32,709 nt of DNA from Octopus bimaculoides. Lineage: Eukaryota. Below, one piece after another: positions 21,917 through 32,709 of the stretch (position 1 is the first letter of the stretch; each line of letters opens with the position of its first letter). A program made the translations under genes and the position numbers. The stretch is from positions 6,246,264 through 6,278,972 of the forward strand of contig NC_069006.1 in assembly GCF_001194135.2 (NCBI RefSeq). Reading direction: 5' to 3'. Under the pieces are notes generated by a model. It was not told the origin of the DNA, searched no databases, and saw only the letters and a program-made list of their open reading frames with translations.

Positions 21917-22217
21917 CAGTACCCATCATGTGGGGCAGACTGACCAGGTTGCCAGGTTGCTTGGTGGCAAGCGGGCCCCTGCACCATTAGAATCCATATA
22001 TAGGGGCCCATGTTAGTATCTATGGGGCCCATCCCCTCAAGTTTGAGAATGTTTTATTCACTCCTGGAAGAATGGATTAATTATTTCAGCCTGGCTGTGT
22101 TTGTAGACAGTTGAAAAGAATACTTTTAACAAGAAAAATGAAATTAAAGTACTGTAGTTGTGGGTGGGCCCCCTTAGTCTCCTGGCAACCAATATTTTAA
22201 AACCCAATCCACTACTG
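21917..22217. mobile_element. Possible hAT-like MITE, degraded
   Basis: Ends cagta / tactg; inverted subterminal ggttgccagg / cctggcaacc; several gggccc motifs. No clear TSD. Confidence 0.4.
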
Positions 22218-22482
22218 TATGTGTGTANNNNNNNNNNNNNNNNNNNNNNNNNNNNNNNNNNNNNNNNNNNNNNNNNNNNNNNNNNNNNNNNNNNNNNNNN
22301 NNTATATATATATATATATATATTTATGTAAATATATAAAAATAATATACACATGCTAATACACGACTTATAATCCCCAATCCTGTTCATACAACGACTG
22401 GGGCAAACCAGTCGGTATACAGCACTTACTCGATATTACCTGTATCCTCTTGGGTTTGGTTAAATCCAATACCCTCCTCAAA

Positions 22483-22530
<48 letters not shown>

Positions 22531-22695
22531 ATGGGCTTCTTTCAGTTTCTATGTACCAAATGCACTTCAGGCTTTGATCAGCCTGAAGTTATACAGTAGA
22601 AGACACTTGCCCAAGATGCCATGTGACGGGACTGAACCTGGAACCATGTGATGGGGAAGCAAATTTCTTGCCACACAGCCACACTTGCCCCTACA
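22531..22695 (-). mobile_element. Family 2 SINE head plus CORE-like part, ending in (CA)n(TA)n
   Basis: atgggcttctttcagtttc...gaagacacttgcccaagatgcc...gggactgaacctggaaccatgtg...ccacacagcc. Confidence 0.85.
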
Positions 22696-23485
22696 TGTAT
22701 ATATGTATGTATATTCATTGACACACGCACACTTCTCAGCCCCAAGTGGTTCATGTTATACCCCTATTATATATTATATATAATACTGATTTATAATAAT
22801 TGTAGCCACCCTTGTGACCTGTCATTGTGTTTGTGTTACCAAGCAAGCAAAACAGGATGAGATATAACAAGTATGGACTCTTCAACTCTTTGTATGGCAA
22901 TAATAACCTGCTGTTTAAAACTAATGCTTTAGGTCACTTGGCCATATAACATTTATGATGGACATGGTATACAGCAAGTCTGAAATGGAATGGTAAATGG
23001 TAATGGTAGGTGGTGGTGGTAGTGGTGGTGGTGGGTGGGGGAGAAGGACTTAATTCTAATGCATTGAGTTTATTGACGAGTTTTTAAATTGATTGCATAA
23101 TATTTTGCCGGCCTGAATGTATTGATAGATAAATATCATTGCTACGTGTAACAATCCATGAAATCAACCATGAAGTCAATCTCAGACAGTGTTGGCTGCT
23201 TTTATTGGGAGGAGTTCAATACAATGGATACAACAATGTTTGAAATGAAGGCCTTATAATCAGCTAAACGAGTTTAGGAATTAATATTTGTTATTTAGAT
23301 GAGATGGTTAGAAACCTGTAGGAGGCTAGAGGTTTATAAGAGCCTACATTGCTGACAATAAAAGGCGCCATATAATGGAAAGAAGTAATGATCTAAGTTG
23401 TAGAGAGAGAAAGAGACAGAAGCAGATCAATGTGAGGAGATCGATTGATGAGATGCAGTTGAAAGTATTGTTGTGTTACAGCAGT

Positions 23486-23538
<53 letters not shown>

Positions 23539-23687
23539 AACATGCAAGCAACTATTGTTGAAATATAACAATAAACTTAAGTCTTCATAGAAGAATTTTG
23601 CTACCATTTACAGTCTAGACACAGCAGTAGATCAACTACTAGAGTATCTCAATACAGCAACTAACAGACAAACTAGAGTCTCAGATA

Positions 23688-23689
23688 AC

Positions 23690-23735
<46 letters not shown>

Positions 23736-23739
23736 GTAA

Positions 23740-23778
<39 letters not shown>
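23688..23778. repeat. Compound (AAT)n(AGT)n microsatellite
   Basis: Read directly. Confidence 0.95.
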
Positions 23779-24139
23779 ATGTTTAAATAGAGCTTCTACT
23801 GACCTATGAAGGCCATGGCCAGAGTTCTTTCTTCTAATCAAAGAAAATTAAAAAAAAAAAAAACTGACCCCCCCCAATGTAAGTCACTCACTGCATTAGA
23901 TGCAGCACAGGAATCCTCAACTGCACAACAGACAGACTAATAGACTGCAGCCACAGGATAACAGGCTGTATAGCAGTGCAGATAGAGTAATACACTGTTA
24001 TACAGTATGGATTAAATCAAAGACTACCAACTGCAGTGCAGATAGTATAACAGACTCTATTCCACAGCACAGAATAATGCATTGCAATACAGTAAAAAGC
24101 ACAGAGAGAGCAAAGACTGTCAACTACCCTCTTGATTAA

Positions 24140-24395
24140 TGATAACTCTCAACCGGGGCCCTTAGGGGTCCACATAAGATTTTTTTTTGAAAATTTATTT
24201 GTAATAAATTAGTTATATTTTTGTTCTACACAAAATATTCTAACAGTTTTCTTTATACAATTCCTTATAATACTGAAGTATAAAAATATAATAGGGCTTT
24301 TTAAACATTGAATGGCTATGAGGGTCCACCAGAGCAAAATAGGAATCAGAGGGGGTCTGTAGATAAAAAAAAAAAAAAATGGTTGAGAAACACTG
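24140..24395. mobile_element. hAT (Charlie-like) non-autonomous element
   Basis: Right TIR ggttgagaaacactg; degenerate left TIR ..ctctcaaccgggg; subterminal ggggtcc motifs; right flank ctgtagat resembles the Charlie target consensus. Confidence 0.55.
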
Positions 24396-25370
24396 CTGTA
24401 GATATTGTAGAATATATAATCCTAACTCCAGCTTAGACAAAGTATATAGCAGAGCATGAAGCGGAGTTTAGTGATAGCAACATATCACTAGCAATAATAA
24501 AAGACCATCAGTGATAGCTGAGATACCACAACAGCCTCTTATTGGTTAATATATGATTATAAACGATTACCGGTGAAATAATTCAAGTGGCCACCACCAT
24601 CTATCATTGAGAAATAGGAATTAAAAACTGTTGTAGATTATGGGAAAAAGTAATTCTTCATTTGTGTGATTTCTGGCATTTTCTGCAGACAATTACTGGA
24701 GTGTAACTTAATGTGGGATTCCTATCGAAAATGTAACATCTTTTTTTCTGTTTTCTACTTATTTTTATGTTGAAATATCAACTGGAAGACACAATGATGT
24801 TTTAGACTTAATATGTTTTTTAAGCTAGACTTGGTTTCTAAAATCTGGTAAAGTAGGGGAAGAAATAAACAAACTACAGAACAACTGATATTGAAATTCA
24901 TGTGGAACCCATTTAGACTGAGTTGTTTTAAATGTGTGGGAGGAACTGGTTGATGTCTAGTCATTAACAGCAGTTAATGTTATCAAGCTGATCACATTAA
25001 TGCCTTTTCTGCATTTTAAATTGTATTAAGATATGACTGAACACAGTTTTAACATCAGGCCGTCCTGCCCTATGTGAGAAGTAACCCCACTGATAATAAA
25101 GTTTACTTAATTTCACTATTGCAACAAGTCGTTCAATGTTTTAGACAATATTTTGGTGGAAACACAAATAAGAATCAGTAATTAATGTTTTAATAATGAA
25201 TAATTACAAGATTACACAATGAGTAGAAGTGATAAGACACTTAGGAGAGAGCTGAACAGCAGAAGGTCTTCAGAGAAGTAACTCCATCCCTTAGGCAAGT
25301 GTTTCAGCCCTTAACTTCTTGCATAGTAAGTGGGCCAGGCCACACCCATGTCATGACTCTTGGGCACTTA

Positions 25371-25503
25371 ACTGGTGCTCATTTTCACCAGCCCCACAAA
25401 GGATGAAATACAAAGGCTGACCTCAGCAGAATTTGAACTCAGAACATAAAAGACAGATAAAATGTTGTTAAGTATTTTATCCAGCATACTGACAGTTCTG
25501 TTA
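25371..25503 (-). mobile_element. Family 1 SINE, partial
   Basis: aaaggatgaaa...gcagaatttgaactcagaac is the reverse complement of the family core. Confidence 0.75.
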
Positions 25504-25999
25504 AAGATTCTTCTTCTTCTTCTTATTATTATTATTATACCCCCAAAGAGGCAGAGGTTAAGTTCTCTGCTCATAATTAACATCATCAAAAAACAAAACA
25601 CAAGCCATCTTGAGGAAGAGTGCAAAAAAGCCCAAACAAAACAATCTTGTGTTTGTTTTTTTGACAGATCATGTTTTCTGTTTTCTCTGTAATTCCTGAC
25701 AATTCATTTTCTAAGTTCTTTTGTTTTATCTTTTTTTCCTAAACATGATTTTTTTTACCAATATTTTTCTCTCCTCATATCTAACTACTATAAATTCAAA
25801 CAAAACAATAATATTGGAATTTAATATCAACTCTAGTCTTTTTCATATTTTTCTTTCAATATTTCTCAATGGATGTGGATGTTTTATTCATTGAACAATC
25901 ATTTAATATCAAAACACTAAGTTTATCCATTATATATTAGTCACAGATTGTCAAGAAATGAAATATTGAAGTCATACAGAAAAAGAAAAAGAAAAGATC

Positions 26000-26345
26000 A
26001 TAGCACTGAGAGGATGTGATTTTGGTATTTCAGGGATGCTGATCAAGCGATTTGATCTGAGACTGTGAGGAAACTAAAAGAATTACAGCATGGCACATAT
26101 CAGCCATTCAAAACCACACAAGGACTGTTAACTTGTAATTCACGTAACAACCAAACTTCAGGCACATAACAAACCAAGCACCAGGCAATGACAACCAAAA
26201 TAAAGTTGAGGATATTCTATTTATAACTTTGCAACCGATAGACATATATAAATACTGACCAAAAGCCTTGACTCAAACCAGTTGCAGTGGAGCTGCATCA
26301 GTGACCAAGTTGAAGATGGTGTGAAGAAAATTTCGACACCAAATG
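26000..26345 (+). mobile_element. Highly decayed mariner-like transposase C-terminal remnant
   Basis: Mixed frames give ETVRKL, AIQN, GLLT and EDGVKKISTPNDKC, resembling mariner ETLRKL..AIQNKRRGLLT and DGIKKLVPRYDKC. Many indels. Confidence 0.4.
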
Positions 26346-26764
26346 ATAAATGTTAACAGATTTTTGTTGATTTTTTTAATGGTTAAAATGTATCTTCCAT
26401 GCTGTATTTTTGGTATTTTTGTTCAAAATATTTATGCCAGAAATTGGAGGAAAGGACTTGAGTCAAGAATTTGAGATTGTGGATTCAATTCGTTGATAAC
26501 TTCCTTCAACAATAATATCAAAAATGTGTTAAACAATGGATGGGAAGATACAATAAGTAAGGAGCTATTAAACGAACAAGGGAGTTAATATACGAAAGAA
26601 ATGTAATAGAAACATTAAAACCACAATTTAATTAAAGGGCTGTAACAGTGGTTTGAAACCAGATCACTAGGTAGTCAAGGATCACAATCAAACCACAGTA
26701 GCTCACATGATTGGTTAAGTGATCAATCAATGTCAAACTGTTGCATGGTTCAATTTTCTTATTT

Positions 26765-27210
26765 TTTAAAACTTATTGGTCTCTTTTGCCAAACCACTAA
26801 GTTACAGGGATGTGAACACACCAACACCAGTTGTCAAGTGGTGGTGGGGGCAAAACAGACATAAAGATACTCACATAACTTATATATATATATATATATA
26901 TATTATCAACCACATATACATAATATATATGCTTTGAGTATTTGCTGGTAGGCTGCTATTGGCATGGTGGAGAATATTCTCTCAAAGCACCAGTTGTTAA
27001 AACATGTTAGAGTCATGGACAGGCAAAGTAACTCAACCTCAATCAATCTCATAATGGATTCCTTTCAGTTTCCATCTACCAAATCAACTCACAAGGCTTT
27101 GGTCAGCCACTGGTTATAGTAAAAGACACTTGCTCAAGGTGCTACATAGTGGGATTGAACCTGGAACAATATGGTCGTGAAGCAAACTTCTTACCACACA
27201 GCCATGCCAG
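26765..27210 (-). mobile_element. Family 2 SINE split by (TA)n plus about 150 bp of extra sequence (tail 26765-26870, head 27055-27210)
   Basis: Tail cttattggtctcttttgccaaaccactaagttacagggatgtgaac; head tttcagtttccatctaccaaatcaactcacaaggctttgg...gacacttgctcaagg. Confidence 0.75.
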
Positions 27211-27839
27211 CACCTTACATTGTACAGAAGAAAAATATACAAGAGATGCTAAATTATTTCTGTAGGGTTTAGAACTGAAGATAAAAATGGCAAAACAAGA
27301 CAAAGCTAATCTTGCAAACAGAACGTCAATAATAGTAAGTGCTGCATTCATTTGAAAATATGTTTATTTTTCAATAACTGGCTTGAGGAAAAGCATATGG
27401 AAGTTATTTAAAATAACACACGAAATAATTCTCTATAAATATTGCCATAAATATGATGCTTATGGTTTTATCAGTGGAAGATTCTGAGAAACACGGCTAT
27501 CCTTAAGGGATTCTTGGAGGATGGTGGAACAGTATGGAGGATGATGTAAATGATTAATGCCGTATCAATTGAAGATATGTGTTTTTTTTATTGAATTATG
27601 GGGTTTGATAATAGATGTTCCATCTTTAGCAATAGTAGCACTATGGCAGCAGTAAAAGTGAATTAATGGTGAAGGAATAAAACACTAGCCAGACTTAATG
27701 AGAGATATTCTTGACAAACACTGACAAGAAGAAGAAGAAGAAGAATGGAGGAAATCTGTGGAGGAGACATTGATAATAACCACCAATCACTGGCGGGGTG
27801 TCTTGTGGGTAATACATTTCTGTGGGGAAAAAAAGTGGG

Positions 27840-28030
27840 ATGATACCATCACCATCATCACCACCAGCTCCATAATCATCATCATCATTGTCACTGCCAT
27901 CATCATCATTATTATCATCACCATCTTTATCATCAACATTACCACCACCATCACCATCACCATCAGTCATCACCCCCACCATCGTCACCACTACCACCAC
28001 CATCACCACCACCACCAGCAGCAGCAGTAG
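27840..28030. repeat. Degenerate (CAT/CAC)n tract ending in (CAG)n
   Basis: Read directly; explains the low-complexity ORFs at 27695-28121. Confidence 0.9.
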
Positions 28031-28452
28031 CATGCCATTTGGTAAAAACAAAAAAACTTCCACATTATCAGCTGCCAAAGAATCGATAACTGCAACTCTT
28101 TCCCTCTGTGTCATACTTTAATATTTATTTTCCCGATGTTTGTATAAATTCAGTGAGAAGACTTGGAAAAAGAAAAGAATCTTATGAATAGATTCTGTAT
28201 CTTGTGAAAGCAAAACAAAAAAAGAAACAGGAAGATCATTAGTTTTATTAAGACCAGTGGTAGTTAAGGGTCTGAGTTAAGGGGTGACACATGTTGAAGT
28301 AAGCTCTTTAACAATCCAATCTTGGGTTTCAGATTCACAGAAATATTTCATTTTCTCTCCTCATTTGTGAACAATGTATTCATATTTCCTTATTGGATCT
28401 CTTTTGTGAATAGATCTTTTGTAAACTGAGAGAGGGAGAGAGAGAGAGAGAG

Positions 28453-28483
<31 letters not shown>

Positions 28484-28584
28484 AACTGAGAGAGACAAAC
28501 TGAGAGAGAGAGAGAGAGAGAGTGCAATACATTTCTTAGGATGAAAGAGAGGCCCTTTATTTAAGTTTCATGTGAATTATAATC

Positions 28585-28842
28585 ATATACATATCACATG
28601 GTCGACCAGACTATCAAACGCTGTTGTACATCACTGGTCACAATGCACTTTGCATTGTTTTAGCTTTCAAATGATGCTGCACCATAGGCCAGGTGAGCAG
28701 GCCAACATTCCCCCTTGATCAAAAGGCTATTCCATCACAGGGTGACCCATTTACAGCTAAGTAGACTGGAGTATCATGAAAATGAAGTGTTTTCCCAAGA
28801 ACACAACATGCAGCCAGTCTAGGAATCGAACCCATGACCTCA
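28585..28842 (-). mobile_element. tRNA-headed SINE, family 4 (V-domain-like centre), 5' end missing
   Basis: Minus strand gggttcgattcc (B box), tgtgttcttgggaaaacactt, then cttagctgtaaatggg...cctgtgatggaatagcc...aagggg, which resembles the V-SINE central domain. Confidence 0.65.
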
Positions 28843-29240
28843 TACACCTTCAATAATATATATATATATAATGACACAAGCTTGGATTATTCTATTCTTT
28901 CTCTCCAGACCTTTCTTCTTTCCCCTTTCTGATGAAGAGCCACGCTCAAAACGTCACCTCCACTCTTTTTGACATCTTAAACTGAGCACCAACCTTATAC
29001 ATTCACTGTGCACATCTTTTTTTACTTTTGTTGATTTTGTTTTGATTCACCAATATATATATATATATATGTCATCATCAGCATTGCTTAACGTCTGCCT
29101 TCCATGCTAGCATGCTTTTATATATATGTATATATATATATGAGAGAGGTATTGGTATCTAGAAGACCCTAAGAGTGGCAGATAATGTTAAGTGAGTGCT
29201 ATGGACAGACTGTAGTTAAACACTTGTTTTGATAGTGATA

Positions 29241-29275
29241 CGAGTGAGGAGTCTAATGTGGGTCTTTCATAAGCT

Positions 29276-29309
<34 letters not shown>

Positions 29310-29396
29310 GAGACAGACAGACAGGCAGGCAGACAAAGAGAGAGGGAATGCAATACATTTCTTAGTTTACAAGACCCACATTAGACTCCTTACTTG
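29241..29396. mobile_element. TA-flanked MITE (156 bp) with internal (GA)n/(GACA)n tract
   Basis: TIRs cgagtgaggagtctaatgtgggtctt / aagacccacattagactccttacttg (24 of 26 pair); TA at 29239-29240 and 29397-29398; related copy at about 28400-28545. Confidence 0.8.
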
Positions 29397-29479
29397 TACT
29401 TTATGCATATATATATGTTATGATGGCGCTCGGTCATGCATGCACATTTGCCAGTATCGTCGAATTTGCAACTGGAATA

Positions 29480-29535
29480 TCATACTGATGAGGTAATGAA
29501 GAGTTTTTCCTTCTAAACCGGAAACATGAATATGA
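29480..29535 (+). ncRNA. Degenerate minimal type I hammerhead-ribozyme-like motif (probably inactive)
   Basis: tcata-CTGATGA-ggt[aat gaag agtttttc cttc taa]acc-g-GAAA-catg-aa-tatga. Stem I tcata/tatga is perfect, stem II is extended and helix III is palindromic. Two deviations from consensus: an extra G before GAAA, and A instead of U at 16.1. Confidence 0.45.
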
Positions 29536-29826
29536 CTAACTATGGCTAGTTTAGTTCGTTATTTTTCTTCTTGTTTTGCCTATGTGAGTTGCAGGTAATT
29601 GCTATCTGTTCGAGTTTCAGCATTTTAGCTGCTATTTCTGAACTTCAGTATGTGGTGAAGCAACCTGTTGCTGATCCCTTAATTTTGTTTATAAATGTAT
29701 AAGAACTTTTAAATAAGTTCCTCACCAATAATGGTGCTTACATACCGAAGGGCTTGGTAAAAATGATTAATTGTTAATTTATTAATAAATTAATAAATTG
29801 ATAATCCTTTACCCTTTTAATTGTAA

Positions 29827-29830
<4 letters not shown>

Positions 29831-29864
<34 letters not shown>

Positions 29865-29867
29865 TAG

Positions 29868-29898
<31 letters not shown>

Positions 29899-30073
29899 GA
29901 TAGACAGACAGAAAGACGGACGGACGGACGGACGGACGGACGGACGGATGGACGGACGGATGGATGGATGGATGGATGGATGGATGGATAAATAGATATC
30001 TTTCTATCTATAGATAGATAGATAGATAGATAGATAGATGGGTGAATGGATGGATGGGTAGATAGATAGATAT
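29831..30073. repeat. Compound microsatellite (TA)(GATA)(GACA)(GACG)(GATG)(GATA)
   Basis: Read directly. Confidence 0.95.
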
Positions 30074-30102
30074 ACTATATGGAAAAATTATCACCATATA
30101 TA

Positions 30103-30285
30103 TTTGGTGGGAGGGGGCCAGTCGATTAGATTGACCTCAGTATGCAACTGGTACTTAATTTATCGACCCTGAAAGGATGAAAGGCAAAGTCAACCATGGC
30201 AGAATTTGAACTCAGAACATAAAGACAGACAGAATACCGCTAAGCATTTTGCCTGACATGCTAATGATTCTGCAAGCTTGCTGCC
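30103..30285 (-). mobile_element. Family 1 SINE, near full length
   Basis: actggtacttaatttatcgaccctgaaaggatgaaaggcaaagtc...gaatttgaactcagaac. Confidence 0.85.
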
Positions 30286-31274
30286 TACTGATCTACTAAA
30301 TAATTTCTAAAACTAAAATCTAGTGGTGATTGCTAACAACTCTTAAAGAGAAGAGAGATAATTTCAAAAAGTAAAAAAATTAATTTACATTTTTAGGACA
30401 AAATCTGATCTTTGTTGACATGGATAAGTTGGTTGGTACCAGGGTCTCCCAGAAAAACTTGAGGCAGAACAAGATCACTTCTGACATCAGAAGAGAGAGG
30501 GTGAGAGAGAAAGAGAGAGGGTGGAGAGAGAGGGGGGGAGAAAGAGAGAGGGGAGAGAAAGAGAGATGAAGAGAGATAGAGAGAGAGAGGAGGAAGAGGG
30601 ATAAAGAGCGAGTCCTTTTAGAATTCAAGGAGCAGTAATTTCAAAAAATATTTTTTTAGAAGAAACCCCAGGAGATACTTATAGATCACTCTTTCACTCC
30701 CCAGCAGAGAACCAACATATTGGATTAAACCCTACTCCCTCATTATTGGCCCTTCCTGGTATCCTAGCTATTTAGAAACTTCAATCCAAACTAGGAACAG
30801 CATCTTTAATTTCAAGCAAGATTAAAAACACAACTGGACATTTAGAGCAGTATTTGAAACAGCGATCAATAGATCTCTAGTGCAGCATATCATAACCACC
30901 CTGCAATTTCTATTTCTGAAAAATCAGCAAATCATAAACAGACTCAAATTATGGAAGGCAAGTAAAAGCAAAGATTAAATACAAGCAAGAGTGATGGAGG
31001 GTATTGAAAGTGTAATGCCAACTAACCAGACAGACAGTGTCTGATGCTAAGTGGACAAACTCAGTCGTTGCATCTTCTGAATGCCATATAACTAGCAGGG
31101 CTAGACAGACAAAGCTATGCAGAAATTACACAAACTTTCTAAAATAGAGCTATTGAATTGTCTTGAGGTGGAGAATAGAGACGTTATATTTATTAGCTTT
31201 CAGTGAAGTTATTTCGAGATATTTTGAAAATTACGATGAATTCAGCTTCTCCGATAAAAAGGACCAACACTTAC

Positions 31275-31352
31275 CTATTGAGTTTCTGAACTCTTAAAAG
31301 TAAACTATCAAAAATAACCGACTCCATTGACATTCCAACATTCTCTAAATGT
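31275..31352 (-). CDS. Weak exon candidate (78 nt, phase 2 to 2): HLENVGMSMESVIFDSLLLRVQKLN
   Basis: Strong donor AATAG|GTAAGT at 31274. The acceptor ctaatgatttgctgctgaatgcAG has a poor pyrimidine tract. One open frame. Confidence 0.3.
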
Positions 31353-31375
31353 CTGCATTCAGCAGCAAATCATTA

Positions 31376-31377
<2 letters not shown>

Positions 31378-31454
<77 letters not shown>
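31378..31454. repeat. (AAT)n abutting (ATT)n: self-complementary microsatellite
   Basis: Read directly; orientation flips near 31423. Confidence 0.95.
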
Positions 31455-32052
31455 GAAAACTCCGCAAAGAAACTAACATTTTAATGCTGTTTTGGACTGA
31501 AAAGCACTGTTAAGTGGCCTTATTGTGCAAGAAATGATTTCAAATTTCATTTCAAATTTTATATATACATGTGTGTGTGTATGTATGTATTTATGTATAT
31601 GTATGTATTTACACACATACACACACATATATATATACATATATATATATACGTATATATGTGTGTATGTGTATACACTTTGCACATGGCTTTTATGGTT
31701 GTATGATATCCACCAGTAAATAATTTGAAACTAAACAAATTGCTAGACTAAGTTATGTCGCAATGATAACATGATTAGCCCGAAATGTTTATCTCGTTGA
31801 TGTTTTCTACAGACTGAGCTCCTAGTTATTATGGTTTGGAAAGAATAATAATAATAATAATAATGATAATAGAAATAATAGTAGTGATAATAGTTTGTTA
31901 GAACAAAACAACCATGTAGGACATATGCCAGGAATTTTAATTTACTATTATAGGATTTCTGTTATCGTAAATATAAGCAAAAATAATATTAATATTGACA
32001 ATAACAACAACAAAAACACAGGTCTATATATTATTAAAACCCAATAATGATG

Positions 32053-32270
32053 TTTCTTTCTAATTTTGGCACAAGGCCAGCAATTTTGAGGGGAGGGGGA
32101 AGTCGATTACATCAACCTCAGTCCCTGACTGGTACTTTATTTTGTTAATCCTGAAAGGATGAATGACAAAGTTGACCTTAGCAGCGATTGAACTGGAAAT
32201 GTAAACAGCCACAAGAAATGCTGCAAAGTATTTTGTCTGATGTGTTTAATGACACTGCCAGTTTGCCATC

Positions 32271-32302
<32 letters not shown>

Positions 32303-32420
32303 CCTTTATATTATAGGCACAAGGGGCCTGAAATTCCAGGGGTGGGGATAAATCAATTACATCAACCCAGTATTCAACTGGTATTTATTTCATCAACCCT
32401 GACAGGGTGAAAGGTAAATA
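32053..32420 (-). mobile_element. Two adjacent family 1 SINE copies (32053-32271; 32303-32420, 5'-truncated) separated by (AAT)n
   Basis: Both carry ggcacaagg...gattacatcaacc.cagt...actggta.tt.att...ccctga.a.g.tgaa. Confidence 0.8.
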
Positions 32421-32427
32421 GATACAT

Positions 32428-32709
32428 GAGATGTCGAAATATTGTTCACTAGATAACAATAGCACTCTTCTTTTAATTTTGACTCTATATCTTCAGGAGG
32501 AGTTACCTCAATCCTTTCTATATTGACCAAAATGAAGTAGATTGACAAAATTTATTTTTTGAACCAGTTGAAGGCACACGAGATGTCCGAAATATCGTTC
32601 ACTAGATAACAAATGGCACTCTTCTTTTAATTTTGACTCTATATCTTCAGGAGGAGTTACCTCAATCCTTTCTATATTGACCAAAATGAAGTAGATTGAC
32701 AAATTTATT
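32428..32709. repeat. 152-bp tandem duplication, about 96% identical, running off the window end
   Basis: gagatgtc...gaaatat.gttcactagataacaa starts at 32428 and 32580; about 5 differences over about 130 nt. Confidence 0.9.

Larger units (their letters stand above)
799..22302. other. Assembly gaps (N runs) at 799-893, 1431-1591, 2949-3217, 3835-4487, 10569-11453, 12200-12209, 22228-22302
   Basis: N runs; most abut (TA)n or (CA)n tracts. About 2.1 kb is unresolved and could hide exons. Confidence 1.

Noticed and set aside
22394-22420. Small hairpin cgactgg-ggcaaa-ccagtcg as a Helitron 3' end or terminator
   Set aside because: No CTRR end or U tract follows; a 7-bp stem is expected by chance.
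27695-28121. His/Ile/Thr/Asp-rich ORFs
   Set aside because: Produced by a degenerate (CAT/CAC)n tract, open in several frames on both strands.
30394-30500. Plus-strand exon-like stretch QNLIFVDMDKLVGTRVSQKNLRQNKITSDIRRER
   Set aside because: The donor falls in a (GA)n tract, no partner exons on the + strand, no recognisable family.
32470-32540. Minus-strand GAAA...CTGAAGA in the 152-bp repeat as a type II hammerhead
   Set aside because: Stems I and III cannot form.
1-32709. CRISPR arrays, operons, prokaryotic defence systems
   Set aside because: No equal-length repeat-spacer arrays and no dense long ORFs; the sequence is eukaryotic and intron-like.

Overview
AT-rich, repeat-dense animal genomic DNA with seven N-gaps, most flanked by microsatellites. 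The SINE, RTE and microsatellite repertoire suggests an octopus-like cephalopod (inference, no database search run). No bacterial-type system, CRISPR array, or rRNA/tRNA gene is supported, and the long ORFs in the supplied track are gap or microsatellite artefacts. The window contains: (i) several small minus-strand exon candidates of an unidentified host gene (best 21159-21226, 19856-19915, 17824-17878), whose phases do not all join; (ii) decayed DNA transposons: a Tc1-like transposase with a nested TTAA MITE, an internally deleted DD37D (maT) element, a weak mariner remnant and several MITEs; (iii) RTE-clade LINE 3' ends and several SINE families; (iv) three degenerate minimal hammerhead-ribozyme-like motifs of the Penelope type; (v) a near-perfect 54-nt hairpin, inverted repeat pairs and local tandem duplications. 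Nothing here proves a new biological system. The hammerhead-like motifs, the hairpin and the unresolved exon chain are the best leads.
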